Shown here: positions 38,984-48,953 of the stretch, piece after piece
Numbering within the stretch: position 1 is the stretch's first letter
Layout of the letters: the number at the start of each line of letters is the position of its first letter
DNA from: a virus
Lineage: Duplodnaviria; Caudoviricetes
Length of the DNA: 56,409 nucleotides
Virus record (IMG/VR): IMGVR_UViG_3300023105_000040
Span: 1-56,409 of that record
Direction: 5' to 3' (one strand)
Program-made: the position numbers and the translations under genes
The notes under the pieces: model-generated
Told to the model about the DNA's origin: nothing
Databases searched by the model: none
Seen by the model: only the letters and a program-made list of their open reading frames with translations

Positions 38984-40009
38984 TTAGCCGGGAGCTTCGT
39001 AAAAACCTATGTCAAAACCTTCTCTGGTGCAATTAGCAATGGTTTTTTCCATTCCGTGTTTTTGCAGATGGTTCTCTATATACATACACATATTTTGGCC
39101 TGAGTCTTTCCAATTGTTTTTACAAAAATGACACAATTTGGTGCATTTCCAGTTACTTCTATCGGCAGAAATGGGTTTTGGCGCATCATTTTTCTGTATT
39201 TCTTGAAATCTACTTTTGAGCATATTCAGGAATTTCTTCTGGTCAGACTCATCGAAGCACATAGAGAATGGGCCACCGTCTTTAATAAAGAATATTGACA
39301 TAATGGCTTGTTTATATTCGGGGAAAAGCTTGGATATGGCATAGTTGTACAATAAAAGCTGGGGGTCTGAGCATAGTTTTTCATATGTCTTTTCTTCTCC
39401 CGTAGCCCAGTCTAGCCGCCTTCCCGTTTTCCAGTCTATTACTTCTATTGTTTCGTCGTCAACCTTGGTAACTAAGTCTATCGTACCCTTAATCGCAAGT
39501 TGACCTTTTACCGTTTTTCCGTCTGGCATTTTATATTCAAACTTAGCCCAATCTTCTTCAATTGGTATGTCAAAATGGGGTTCTGGTTCAAGAACGTCTC
39601 TCTTTCTCGGATCAAATTGCCCAGCATTATATTTTAAAGTTTTCCATATTAAGTTGTGGCACATGTGTTTATCGGACATGTCCCAAGAGTGTACAGATGT
39701 TCCAGTATAAAATTTAAAACTTGCATCTAAAAGTGTGTCAATTAATTCTTCAGACATTAAATCTACACGCTTGCATTTTACTTCTTTTAGCGCGTCGTCT
39801 TTTATTTTTAAGTACTTTACTCTGGAGCTTGAATCTTGATCAGCTTTTTTTAGTCCAGCTAAACACTCCATAACTTTGTGAACAATTGTTCCTAGTTCAG
39901 CCTTTTTTCCACTTACAGACTGATGCCCTAAAACATATGTGATAAAGTACTGCATTTGACAGTAAGCGTAGTTGTTGTAACTCGATGATCTTACGTATGT
40001 AATTAGCAT
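38984..40009 (-). CDS. PD-(D/E)XK RecB/Cas4-like exonuclease with Cys cluster
   Basis: SSSYNNYAYC, GTIVHKVME, IKGTIDLV...VIDWKTG, QLLLY, CTKLCHFC. Confidence 0.85.
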   Translation of the reverse strand: MLITYVRSSSYNNYAYCQMQYFITYVLGHQSVSGKKAELGTIVHKVMECLAGLKKADQDSSSRVKYLKIKDDALKEVKCKRVDLMSEELIDTLLDASFKFYTGTSVHSWDMSDKHMCHNLIWKTLKYNAGQFDPRKRDVLEPEPHFDIPIEEDWAKFEYKMPDGKTVKGQLAIKGTIDLVTKVDDETIEVIDWKTGRRLDWATGEEKTYEKLCSDPQLLLYNYAISKLFPEYKQAIMSIFFIKDGGPFSMCFDESDQKKFLNMLKSRFQEIQKNDAPKPISADRSNWKCTKLCHFCKNNWKDSGQNMCMYIENHLQKHGMEKTIANCTREGFDIGFYEAPG

Positions 40010-40713
40010 TAATTTCTCCAGATATGATTCATGAGTAATGTCTGTTCTTGTAGTTCTGATATGTTATATTCTTGATTGTCAATAATGTAGTCAAAAATAT
40101 CCCAGTCAAAAACGTCTTGATTCAACGCTGACTCACACTGGTGAGTGCTATGGGTGGTGTCTCTCGTAAGCCTTATGACGAAACCTCCAGCATCTTTAAT
40201 TGCGTGTACTTCATTTGGAAATCTCACATCTGGTATTACAGCAATGACAGATTGCTCTTCCTCAATGGTTTTCATAGTTCTGTCTAGCCACACGGTGTCT
40301 TTAATTTCTCGCATAACATTTGTTCCAAAATGTTGTAAAAATTCTCTTGCCGTCATGCCGTATTTTGTATAGGTATTTTTATCTTCGTCAGTGCCATAGG
40401 CTTGTTTAGGCTCAAAGTCAAAAAGATCTATGCAAATCATTTTAAGGTAATCCGCAAAGTGATGTATTTTGATGTATGGCCAAATGTTATACTCGGCGTA
40501 AGAAACAAAATCTTTATCTCGCCTTAATAGATCTAATATTCCCCAGCCACTAACATTATCTCTATTGGTGGTTAAGATATTTAATTGTCCATCGCTACCA
40601 ACTCTATAGTCTTGAATCATTTTCAAGTCTTTCAAAACATCTCCATTTATAATGTTGGCTACTGTGTTTTTCCCAGACTGCTTTCTGCCAGATATGCCAA
40701 TAATTTTTGTCAT
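40009..40713 (-). CDS. Deoxynucleoside monophosphate kinase
   Basis: IIGISGRKQSGKNT, FADYLK, REFLQHFGT, IPDVRFPNE, HQCE. Confidence 0.9.
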   Translation of the reverse strand: MTKIIGISGRKQSGKNTVANIINGDVLKDLKMIQDYRVGSDGQLNILTTNRDNVSGWGILDLLRRDKDFVSYAEYNIWPYIKIHHFADYLKMICIDLFDFEPKQAYGTDEDKNTYTKYGMTAREFLQHFGTNVMREIKDTVWLDRTMKTIEEEQSVIAVIPDVRFPNEVHAIKDAGGFVIRLTRDTTHSTHQCESALNQDVFDWDIFDYIIDNQEYNISELQEQTLLMNHIWRN

Positions 40714-41744
40714 CTTTTAATTCCTTTGTTGATTTCTAATATTTGCTCTTTAATTTCTTTAGGATTCATTTCTCCAACGTCTTTTCTTGTTAATTGAGGA
40801 AATGTTAATGAGTACATTCTTCCCAGCTGTCTTTGTATTTGTATTCTCGCTTCTTTGCCAGCTTGGTCGTTGTCCATTAAAACAATGATATTTGTAACGG
40901 CTAATTTTCTGAGTTTTTTTTCCTGTTGGTCAGAAAGGGTTTTACCAAATATACTCACTGCGTTTTTAGCACCCGCTTCGTACATTTTCCAAACGTCTCC
41001 TTGTCCCTCTAATAAGTAGATGCTGGACAGTGCGTTTGCTTCTTTTTTTGCCCTATGATAATTATATAGATACTGCCTTTTCTCAAACCCTTTTGGGTAT
41101 AACAAAAATTTAGGAATCTTATATTCTTTGGTAGATCTTCCTATATATCCGACTATTTTGCTGCCATCGTCATTGTGAATTGGTATTACAGCTCTGTCTT
41201 TCATTATACTTTCTGTATCACAATCTCCCACTCCAAAATATCTTAGGGTTGATTTTTTAAAAGCTCTGTTATAAAAATAATTTGATGGCAGCTGTACTTC
41301 GAATTTGTAATCTAGCGCTTTATCTTCTGACTTGTCGTCTTGCTTTTTGAGTATTTCTAGCAATTCGTAAACAGAAGGTTCTACTTCTTCGTCTTGCTCT
41401 GGATTTGTAGTGTTAAAACTGTACAGGCGACCGGTGTTAAAATTAGAAGACACCCAAGACATTACTTCTTTAAATGAAACCTCTTTGCCAGCCTGTAATG
41501 ATAATGCTCCTTGTATTAAACCAAATACGTCGTTTTTATATTCGTGTTGACAATCTCTAGTCCAGCACTTCCATATACCTTTATCAACAGAAAAAGAGAA
41601 CGCCCTTGGATTATCACTGTTTTCATGAACCGGACAGGTTGAGTATATATTATCAGAGAAAAGCTCATACTTTATTTCCAATTTAGTAAGAACTTGTTCT
41701 ATCTCTTTGTTTAGTTTATTCTTGATCTTCTTCAGGTTCATCAT
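40710..41744 (-). CDS. dnaG: DNA primase (CHC2 zinc finger + TOPRIM)
   Basis: CPVH...WKCWTRDC; RAVIPIHN...GYIGR; LLEGQGDV; MDNDQAG; KDVGE. Confidence 0.92.
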   Translation of the reverse strand: MMNLKKIKNKLNKEIEQVLTKLEIKYELFSDNIYSTCPVHENSDNPRAFSFSVDKGIWKCWTRDCQHEYKNDVFGLIQGALSLQAGKEVSFKEVMSWVSSNFNTGRLYSFNTTNPEQDEEVEPSVYELLEILKKQDDKSEDKALDYKFEVQLPSNYFYNRAFKKSTLRYFGVGDCDTESIMKDRAVIPIHNDDGSKIVGYIGRSTKEYKIPKFLLYPKGFEKRQYLYNYHRAKKEANALSSIYLLEGQGDVWKMYEAGAKNAVSIFGKTLSDQQEKKLRKLAVTNIIVLMDNDQAGKEARIQIQRQLGRMYSLTFPQLTRKDVGEMNPKEIKEQILEINKGIKR

Positions 41745-43188
41745 TTAAGTCAATATTTCCTATCTTGTCTGCATCTATTAGACCAGTATCTCCTATTGGC
41801 TGATTTTTAAACTCGTTGCGAGTTTTTAATTCTATCAGCTTTGCGTGAGACCCAACCATTTGCATATTTATATAGTCTCCATCGTCTAGGCCAGCTCCAT
41901 GTCTAGAGACAATGGGTACTAGTTTTCTATTACCAGCGTTTGGACCATCTTCCGCAAGTTCTTCTGGAGATTTTGCTTTAAAGATACTAAAAGAAGTACA
42001 CAGCCAAATTAAACGATCTGATCCACTAACGGCATCAGTACTTTCTTTGGTAATGCCGTCACGATTCAATTGCACAAAGGATAGACAAGGTATGTCTAGC
42101 TTAACGCATAAATTATGCAAAGAGGTAATTTGGAATCCTAATGCTTGATATTCCTGAATATTGTTTGTGATAGATGAGGACGACATCAGCTTGAGGTAAT
42201 CATATATGATGAGACATTCATTTGTTTTGCCGCTCTCGTCTGTTTTAACTTCCTGAACTATCCAACGTTTGATTAAATTCAAAATGCCCTCAAACGGCTT
42301 GCCAGCAACGCTAATGTAGCTATATGGCACACTGTTAAGCTTTTCTACACTTTCGTTTACTTTAGTTAGTTTCTCTTCATCGTCAACGAATTTACCAGTT
42401 GCTATTTCATTAATTGTAACGCCACTAATATTTGCTAACAGTCGATTCAAATGATCTTCTTTAGACATTTCTGTGTCCAACACCAGAACGGGAATACCTA
42501 ATGAAGATACATTAAGGGCAACATTATCAGCGAATACTGATTTACCAACTTTTGGTCTTGCAGATACAAGGTCAACGCATTTTCGTCTAAGACCACCGCC
42601 AATGGCTTCGTCATATCGAGAGAATCCCGTTGGTATACCAATGATATCGCATTTATTTTCTGATAAAAATTGTACATAATCTTCTACGCCTTCGCCTATT
42701 TTTTCTGGGTTTTCGCTGCCGCTATCTTCTCTCAAGAAGTCGGTTACTGGATTCTCAAGCACCCCAATAATTTCATCTATTGTTTCAGAGCCATCAATTC
42801 TATCTATGTCTTTATGTACTTTTAGTGATAGATTTTTTATTTTTCTGGCGAACTCAAATTTCTTTAATTGTGCGGCAAACTTAATGATGTTATCCTGATT
42901 GACGGGAAAATCAAAAAGCGATTTGATGTATTTAATTTCTTGCTTTGTGCTGATGGTTTCAATTAAATTCAGCTTTTCTGCGGAGGCTAATAAAGAAGCT
43001 ATGTCTACAGATTTTTCTTCTAAAATAATATCTTCTAAGCATTTGTATATAGCTTGATTATTTGTATTTACAAAGCTTTCTGAAGTAACAAGGTCGGATA
43101 TGCGAACATATACGTCTACTCCGTATTGCATAAGTCCTGCCAGCACGGCTCTTTCCGAACCGATATCTAATAATTTATTTGAGTTCAC
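41716..43188 (-). CDS. dnaB: Replicative DNA helicase
   Basis: SERAVLAGL, GIPTGF, ARPKVGKS (Walker A), LDTEMS, IIYDYLKLM, QLNR. Confidence 0.93.
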   Translation of the reverse strand: MNSNKLLDIGSERAVLAGLMQYGVDVYVRISDLVTSESFVNTNNQAIYKCLEDIILEEKSVDIASLLASAEKLNLIETISTKQEIKYIKSLFDFPVNQDNIIKFAAQLKKFEFARKIKNLSLKVHKDIDRIDGSETIDEIIGVLENPVTDFLREDSGSENPEKIGEGVEDYVQFLSENKCDIIGIPTGFSRYDEAIGGGLRRKCVDLVSARPKVGKSVFADNVALNVSSLGIPVLVLDTEMSKEDHLNRLLANISGVTINEIATGKFVDDEEKLTKVNESVEKLNSVPYSYISVAGKPFEGILNLIKRWIVQEVKTDESGKTNECLIIYDYLKLMSSSSITNNIQEYQALGFQITSLHNLCVKLDIPCLSFVQLNRDGITKESTDAVSGSDRLIWLCTSFSIFKAKSPEELAEDGPNAGNRKLVPIVSRHGAGLDDGDYINMQMVGSHAKLIELKTRNEFKNQPIGDTGLIDADKIGNIDLNDEPEEDQE

Positions 43189-43195
43189 CTAGTTA

Positions 43196-43618
43196 TTATC
43201 CTATGCACTTGTCGCATCTATAAAACTCTCCATAAACAAGACCTGCATTTATCTTGCTTTCTTTTCCACACTTGTGGCATGTAACAGTTGTTTTTTTAGG
43301 TTTAGATCTATTACGAGGAGTAATGCTAGCCGCTGGGGTTTCGATGTGCCTGTCTTCTCCGGTGTCCTTCCAAGTATTTTTATTGGCTCTCACCGCTTCT
43401 TTTCTTTTTTTGCTTAAATTGTTCTGCTTTTTTACTTGAAAATCTGACGAAACGCTGCCACCAAATTCATCCACAATGTGTGGAGGCATGGTACTTCCAG
43501 CCAATCCTTCATTTTCCATGAGTACGCCGCTTCCAGTTTTACCGAATTCCATTAAAATATCTAATAACTCTGTTTGTTCTTCAAAGCTTAAACTGCTAAC
43601 TAGACTTTTAAGATTCAT
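43196..43618 (-). CDS. Hypothetical zinc-finger protein
   Basis: C-terminal CHKC...CDKC; coupled upstream of dnaB. Confidence 0.55.
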   Translation of the reverse strand: MNLKSLVSSLSFEEQTELLDILMEFGKTGSGVLMENEGLAGSTMPPHIVDEFGGSVSSDFQVKKQNNLSKKRKEAVRANKNTWKDTGEDRHIETPAASITPRNRSKPKKTTVTCHKCGKESKINAGLVYGEFYRCDKCIG

Positions 43619-44076
43619 ATTCTTTTCCCCTTTTCCATTAGTATATCCCCTTTGCGTTTTAGCTCATACACTTTGCCATCTAGCTCTTGTATCCTCGCTT
43701 CTGCGACTTGTTTGTAATTGTCAATAGATGCGGCATATTCATTGTCAACAACTATCATCTGCATTCTTATTTCATGTTTAGTGTAAGGACTAAATTTTTC
43801 ATGATACTTTGCTACCATTTTTTGTAGTTGATCATTACATAAATTAAATACAACTTTCTGCCTGTTGATTTGATCCTGAACATACGAGGCGTACCCGTAG
43901 AGAGCATATGCATAATCAAAAAGCTCTTCCTGATTAAGCTTTTTAACCTGATCCATCTCCATATCTGCGGCTAATAGGAATTCTTCTCGAAATGTGGCAA
44001 ACTTTGTGTTTGTTTCATTCGTGAATTGATCTAGCTTTTCAAGAAAGTTTTCAACGGTTTCTTTAGCTGTTTTCAA
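43615..44076 (-). CDS. Helical protein, possible UvsY-like recombination mediator
   Basis: 153-aa all-helical coiled protein close to recA; size and pattern resemble UvsY (inference). Confidence 0.4.
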   Translation of the reverse strand: MKTAKETVENFLEKLDQFTNETNTKFATFREEFLLAADMEMDQVKKLNQEELFDYAYALYGYASYVQDQINRQKVVFNLCNDQLQKMVAKYHEKFSPYTKHEIRMQMIVVDNEYAASIDNYKQVAEARIQELDGKVYELKRKGDILMEKGKRI

Positions 44077-44485
44077 TTTGTTCTCTCCATTGATCGTCTG
44101 TGTCAGAATACTTCAATTCAATCAGGTCAATTTTGTTCAACTTGCACCACTCTATTTTATCTTCATCCTTGGCTTTTGCCAACACGAAATCTGCTTTTGT
44201 CTTATGGAAGAATGGAGTAAATTCATAATGTTGTTGTCCGTGAACTTCTACTGCAAGCATTATCTGTGGAATATAAAAATCTAAATAAAGTACTCCTTTT
44301 CTGTGCCTTGGTGTGCTTCCCGGCAACTTAACTTCTTCAAGTATTCTATAACTATGGAAGACAGTCTTCAAGACTTCTCTTGCGCGAACGTGGTACTTTG
44401 ATCTCTTGCGTTTGTCGTTGGCGGCAACAGAATATCCGTTTAAATTCCAAACGTACTCTCTGCCATTTAAGCCTATAACTTTCAT
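44063..44485 (-). CDS. Vsr/DUF559-like endonuclease
   Basis: LYLDFYIP...AVEVHGQQHY...DEDKIEWCKLNKIDLIEL. Confidence 0.75.
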   Translation of the reverse strand: MKVIGLNGREYVWNLNGYSVAANDKRKRSKYHVRAREVLKTVFHSYRILEEVKLPGSTPRHRKGVLYLDFYIPQIMLAVEVHGQQHYEFTPFFHKTKADFVLAKAKDEDKIEWCKLNKIDLIELKYSDTDDQWREQIENS

Positions 44486-44545
44486 ACAAAATCCATTCTA
44501 TAAGTCTAGCCAGTAATATACCGGCGCATATTTGAAGTATTGTGT

Positions 44546-45202
44546 TCATTTTTCATCTATGTTTTTGAAGTCGTAGAAGAATACCTCTTCATCTAATTCA
44601 GAAACCCACCTGCTGCCGGAATGTTCACAGCTAAATTCTTTTGCGAAAACTTGCCAATTTGGTTTTTGTTTGAACTTTCTGCTGATAAAACTACCTCCGT
44701 CTACCCATAATACTCTATTGTTTGGTTGCATAAAATATTGACCACCTTCACCCTCAAAAAAATGTCCACACTTGTGACCAGCGGCCATTTCTCCGTAACC
44801 AGATTTGAACTGAGGACCAAAGCACCAATCTATAGTAAAAAGGTACTTGGACTTGTGAAGACTATGATCTTTAAGCATTATATTAGCGCCTCTGTTTTTG
44901 GTATAATCATTGATATTGCAAGACGCATAATAGCTCATACTGTCCCAGAGTTCTAGCCAATCAAGATCATAATCTGTTCCACCAGATTCATTTGATCTAA
45001 GATAGTGAATTGGAACTCTAGCGTGTTGACTTCCGTATTCAGTCATGATAGAAAACATAGCGCATCGTTGAGGTATGCTAGTAAAAGAAAATACTTCAAC
45101 AACAATTCTTTCGTTTTTTACACTAGCTTCTTTATTGTACAAAAAACCAGTGTCTAAATAGCACCAAAATGGTGGTATATCTACGTTTAAGTAGTTACTC
45201 AT
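44546..45202 (-). CDS. Conserved-looking phage hypothetical protein
   Basis: 218 aa with YLNVDIPP...LELWDSMSY...YLFTIDW...HKCGH...QPNNRVLW; function unknown. Confidence 0.6.
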   Translation of the reverse strand: MSNYLNVDIPPFWCYLDTGFLYNKEASVKNERIVVEVFSFTSIPQRCAMFSIMTEYGSQHARVPIHYLRSNESGGTDYDLDWLELWDSMSYYASCNINDYTKNRGANIMLKDHSLHKSKYLFTIDWCFGPQFKSGYGEMAAGHKCGHFFEGEGGQYFMQPNNRVLWVDGGSFISRKFKQKPNWQVFAKEFSCEHSGSRWVSELDEEVFFYDFKNIDEK

Positions 45203-45341
45203 TGACCACCTTCTTTAATTTCTTTTCTGCGTTACGAATAGTTTTCTTTACATAATCTGTTAATTCGTAGTCTTTCTTGTAAACCTGAAGAGCGTCTAGC
45301 ATTCTCCAAGCTTCTGTCTTCGTAATTTCTACTTGAGCCAT
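45195..45341 (-). CDS. Small hypothetical protein absent from the ORF track (MAQVEITKTEAWRMLDALQVYKKDYELTDYVKKTIRNAEKKLKKVVNE)
   Basis: 48 codons; ATG overlaps the recA stop (TAATG) and the stop overlaps the next gene start, filling the gap exactly. Confidence 0.65.
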   Translation of the reverse strand: MAQVEITKTEAWRMLDALQVYKKDYELTDYVKKTIRNAEKKLKKVVNE

Positions 45342-46450
45342 TAAAATAATTCCTTAATCTTGTCGTAAATGAATGATGACATATCTGGATTTTCATTTAA
45401 AAACTCAAGTGTATTATTAGCGCCTTGGAATTTAAAAAATCTTTCTATATCCTCGGGTTTATCAGAGATTTTATTCTGCTTGAGAATGTTTTGTATCACT
45501 GGATCTTCTAGGTTATCAATAGCGCACTGAATTGTGTACCAAGCTCCAGCGGTTTTGATCAATCTAAACTCACAAGCAATCTGCACAACCTCTTGAGTCT
45601 CATCAATCCCAACACCGTAACGAATCCAGCTTTCTGCCGTGCTACTTGGAAGACCTCCCGCACAAGATGTTTTTATTGTCCAGTTTGCTATCTGTCCAAC
45701 ATGTGGTCCACTGTCTTTTGGAACTTGCCACCTACCTCTATGTGTGATAACCATATTGGTTCCGGCTTGATATTGCAACATATTACCACAGTCTGCCATC
45801 TTTGATGGAGAATATGGTGAGCCGCCAGTATTAGCGATATTATGAGTAATACAGGTTAGTATAGTTTTATTCTTCATTAGTGTACCGCTGATACGCTTGA
45901 AGAACATAGACAACAATCGCGGCAACGCATTGCGAACGCCAGTTCTAATTTCACCATCTAGTTCGTCTTGAGGAACCATGTTTGATAAAGAGTCAGCTAT
46001 TATCAAGCATCCGGGATCATTATTTATATAGTATTCAATAATGTTTAGAAAATCTTGTGCTGACAAGATCTTATCATCTGTTGATTCTATGATAAGTATT
46101 TTGTCTGCCTGCAAGCCTTTGATTCCATCAAAATTTTGGCGCGACAATCTACCTTCTGTATTTACATAGATTACGCGCTTCCCCAAAGCCTGACACTTAG
46201 AAGCAAAATGAAGGGCGGTAGTTGTTTTCCCAGATTTTGGATCTCCAGTCATGACTACTACACTTCCCTCCCTTAGACCGCCACCCAAGGCTATGTCTAG
46301 TGCTGGCGAAACGCCAATCACTTGTAGACTATTGATAGATTCTAAAACTTCCGTTCCGCTCTTAACGACATCTCCGTATTTGCTTACAATAGAATTGCTA
46401 ACAACGTCGCTATCAAACTTGCTTGATGATTTTTTCTTTAGCTTGCTCAT
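45341..46450 (-). CDS. recA: RecA/UvsX-family recombinase
   Basis: LDIALGGGL, GDPKSGKTT, YVNTEGR, IIADSL, GIDETQE, AGAWY. Confidence 0.9.
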   Translation of the reverse strand: MSKLKKKSSSKFDSDVVSNSIVSKYGDVVKSGTEVLESINSLQVIGVSPALDIALGGGLREGSVVVMTGDPKSGKTTTALHFASKCQALGKRVIYVNTEGRLSRQNFDGIKGLQADKILIIESTDDKILSAQDFLNIIEYYINNDPGCLIIADSLSNMVPQDELDGEIRTGVRNALPRLLSMFFKRISGTLMKNKTILTCITHNIANTGGSPYSPSKMADCGNMLQYQAGTNMVITHRGRWQVPKDSGPHVGQIANWTIKTSCAGGLPSSTAESWIRYGVGIDETQEVVQIACEFRLIKTAGAWYTIQCAIDNLEDPVIQNILKQNKISDKPEDIERFFKFQGANNTLEFLNENPDMSSFIYDKIKELF

Positions 46451-46971
46451 ATATTCCTCAATTTATTTACGATGCTTTGTTTTTTACTTGCTGTAACTTT
46501 TCTTCTTTGTTTAAATTCCTTCTTTTCTTCTACAATTTCTAGCTCTTTGGCTTTCTCTCTAAGTCTAATAGACTCTTCTTCTTCCTTATTGTACTTTCTA
46601 ATGGCTTCTAACGCAACCTGATTATATTTCCACCCTCTTGGCCCATACGCCTTTAATCCTATGTGGTATATGTTTGCAAAATAATCAGATTTTATAGCTT
46701 GCAAAATAATTTTTTCTGAAAACTTTTTCTTTAGAGACTGCGTGGCTTTCATGTTGCGCATAAAAACTTCGTGATATTTATCGCCAACAGTCCAAAACTT
46801 ATAAGACGGCTTATCCATCTTAAAGGCATCTGTCCATCTTATAACCAACAATTCTGCAACATAGGCTTCAAACGTGCAGTGTTCGCCAGTATGTATGTGT
46901 GTGTATTTGTGCTTTTCAGACCATTGCTTTTGATATTCTTTATTGAATAGCTTTGGTTTGTTTTTTTTCAT
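46447..46971 (-). CDS. Hypothetical basic protein
   Basis: 174-aa coupled ORF. Confidence 0.55.
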   Translation of the reverse strand: MKKNKPKLFNKEYQKQWSEKHKYTHIHTGEHCTFEAYVAELLVIRWTDAFKMDKPSYKFWTVGDKYHEVFMRNMKATQSLKKKFSEKIILQAIKSDYFANIYHIGLKAYGPRGWKYNQVALEAIRKYNKEEEESIRLREKAKELEIVEEKKEFKQRRKVTASKKQSIVNKLRNI

Positions 46972-47383
46972 TATTAATTATGGCTTTTTCAAAAGACTCA
47001 GCTATTGTGTCAACTGAGTTAAACGCAAGTGTTAGTTCGGGAACAATCCACGTAGATTTTTCAATTTTATCATCGACTACTTTTCCCACCGTGTAACAAT
47101 GTTTGGGTTGCAATCCAAAATCTGCTTTTATAGACCTTACTAAATATATACCATTCCAAGACGAAGTGTTTTCAAAAACTCTATTAGTCCTGTATTGCAA
47201 TCCAACTTCGTGTATTGTTAAAATATTTTTCTCACAATAATCACCAATGGTTAGCCAGTCTTTGTATTCGTCCAAAAACACAATTGAGTTATTAGAAAAT
47301 TTTATATAGATCCATATAATTTTTCTGTTTGAGTGTTTTTGATAAGCTTTTTTCCACCCGTCTTCTTCAAATATGTATGTCAT
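46940..47383 (-). CDS. Hypothetical protein
   Basis: Start placed at the ATG at 47383, which overlaps the upstream TGA (ATGA). Confidence 0.55.
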   Translation of the reverse strand: MTYIFEEDGWKKAYQKHSNRKIIWIYIKFSNNSIVFLDEYKDWLTIGDYCEKNILTIHEVGLQYRTNRVFENTSSWNGIYLVRSIKADFGLQPKHCYTVGKVVDDKIEKSTWIVPELTLAFNSVDTIAESFEKAIINNEKKQTKAIQ

Positions 47384-47670
47384 TTTATTTTCGTCGTGCA
47401 AGACCTATCTAATTTATTTACTCTTTTTCTTGTCTGTTCAGACATGGAAGACGCATTTTCTGTCATGGCAACAGTTCCACTAGATCTAGCAAACTGATCT
47501 GAGACATGAGAACGCTTTGGCTTCGATTCAATTTTATGTTTTTTCATAAACTTTTCAACCGAAGATATGCTTCTATCTAAATCTATTGCAATTTCTTTAG
47601 TAGTTTTTTCGTTAATTTTACTCTCAATATAAAATTGTTCTACTTTTCCTATTGGTCCCTTTTTAGCCAT
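47380..47670 (-). CDS. Small HTH-like protein
   Basis: MAKKGP...TTKEIAIDLDRSISSVEKFM; ATG at 47670 after GAGG. Confidence 0.55.
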   Translation of the reverse strand: MAKKGPIGKVEQFYIESKINEKTTKEIAIDLDRSISSVEKFMKKHKIESKPKRSHVSDQFARSSGTVAMTENASSMSEQTRKRVNKLDRSCTTKIK

Positions 47671-47938
47671 TATTAAATAACCTCTGAGCGTGTATGAAAA
47701 AAGATTTGTTGTTTGTTTGTAAGTATTTAAGGTAAGAAGCGAATACCCTACCGTCAACTTGCTTTAATTTTGTGTCTAGATTATTTTCTCTATTAGAATC
47801 TGCTCCAAGTGGATCGTATAATAAATTGTTATATGTTAAAACTTTTGTTACAGTTTGTTGAGACCCATTATTAATATAAGCAAAAACCTTGTCTTCGCCT
47901 ACGGCTGATTGTCCCTTTTTGTTGAAGTTGTGTTCCAT
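47663..47938 (-). CDS. Hypothetical protein
   Basis: 91-aa coupled ORF (LYDPLG...YLKYLQT). Confidence 0.55.
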   Translation of the reverse strand: MEHNFNKKGQSAVGEDKVFAYINNGSQQTVTKVLTYNNLLYDPLGADSNRENNLDTKLKQVDGRVFASYLKYLQTNNKSFFIHAQRLFNNG

Positions 47939-48273
47939 TATTTTTTTTCTCCAGTCATAATGTAATGATACTGATGGTCTTTATTCATCCTGTTTATCAT
48001 CTTTCTTTTTTCTCTTTTTTCTCTAGCCTTTTGGTCTTCTTTAGCCATCGCGTTTGATCTTTCGTAATGCCCTTTATTCCTCCAGTTTTTATCCGCTTGT
48101 TGCCCTATGGTGGTAGGTTCTTGATAAACTTGCCCATATATTCCACCAGTGAGTATTCTTTCTAAAGATTGTTTTTTGCATTTTGGACATTCCGTAAGAG
48201 CATCTTCTTTAATAGACTGATAAACATCTTCCATGAAATGTTTGCAGTTACTACATTCATAGTCGTATAACAT
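47938..48273 (-). CDS. FmdB-family zinc ribbon protein
   Basis: MLYDYECSNC...QSIKEDALTECPKCKKQSLERI. Confidence 0.85.
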   Translation of the reverse strand: MLYDYECSNCKHFMEDVYQSIKEDALTECPKCKKQSLERILTGGIYGQVYQEPTTIGQQADKNWRNKGHYERSNAMAKEDQKAREKREKRKMINRMNKDHQYHYIMTGEKK

Positions 48274-48953
48274 TATGACTCCAGTGCATAAAGTATGGCC
48301 CCGATAATACCATTTCTCTGTATATCATGATACTCCAGTTTGCAGATCCCAACACCCGGAACATCAGATAATCTTTCTAAACAGAAATCTAATCCACTAT
48401 ATTTAAATATGTCTGTTTGTTTATTGTCACCATTTATAATTACTTTAGAATGATTTCCCATTCTTGTTATGAACATTTTTATCTGTTCGTTAGTGCAGTT
48501 TTGAGCTTCGTCTAAAATCATAAACGAATCATGAAATGTAGAGCCACGCATTGTTTCTAATGGCTCAAATCTAATTCTACGTTGATTATAATAATAACCA
48601 AACTTATCTCTACCAAGGAAATACTTTAGATTTTCTTCCATTGGTTGAAGATATGGTTTAATCTTTTCGTTCAACTCTCCCGGTAAAGAACCAATATCTC
48701 TACCAGTACAAACTAAAGGGCGAGTAACTATAACTGTATCAATTTCGTCTTTTAATAACTTTTGGGCGGCTAGCCCAGCTGGAATAAAAGACTTACCGCT
48801 ACCAGAGGGTCCAGTGCAGAACACTACATCGTTTTCTACAATTGACCTAATATAGTTTTTTTGATTTTCAGTTTTGGCCTCCAAGTGGTTTTGCTTAGGT
48901 TTCTTTTTCTCTTGACGCTTTTTTCTATTGTTGTTATTTGCCTGTGCTACCAA
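48273..48953 (-). CDS. phoH: PhoH-family ATPase
   Basis: KTENQKNY, GPSGSGKS, IVTRP, GSLPG, MRGSTF, ILDEAQN, ITRMG, GDNKQTD; start uncertain. Confidence 0.93.
   Translation of the reverse strand: MVAQANNNNRKKRQEKKKPKQNHLEAKTENQKNYIRSIVENDVVFCTGPSGSGKSFIPAGLAAQKLLKDEIDTVIVTRPLVCTGRDIGSLPGELNEKIKPYLQPMEENLKYFLGRDKFGYYYNQRRIRFEPLETMRGSTFHDSFMILDEAQNCTNEQIKMFITRMGNHSKVIINGDNKQTDIFKYSGLDFCLERLSDVPGVGICKLEYHDIQRNGIIGAILYALES

Noticed and set aside
38984-40009. CRISPR-Cas system suggested by the Cas4-like gene
   Set aside because: No repeat-spacer array or other cas genes; solo Cas4-like nucleases are common in phage replication modules.
44352-44549. 65-aa ORF with a hydrophobic N-terminus
   Set aside because: Two-thirds overlaps the endonuclease gene out of frame; it could be real but cannot be supported.
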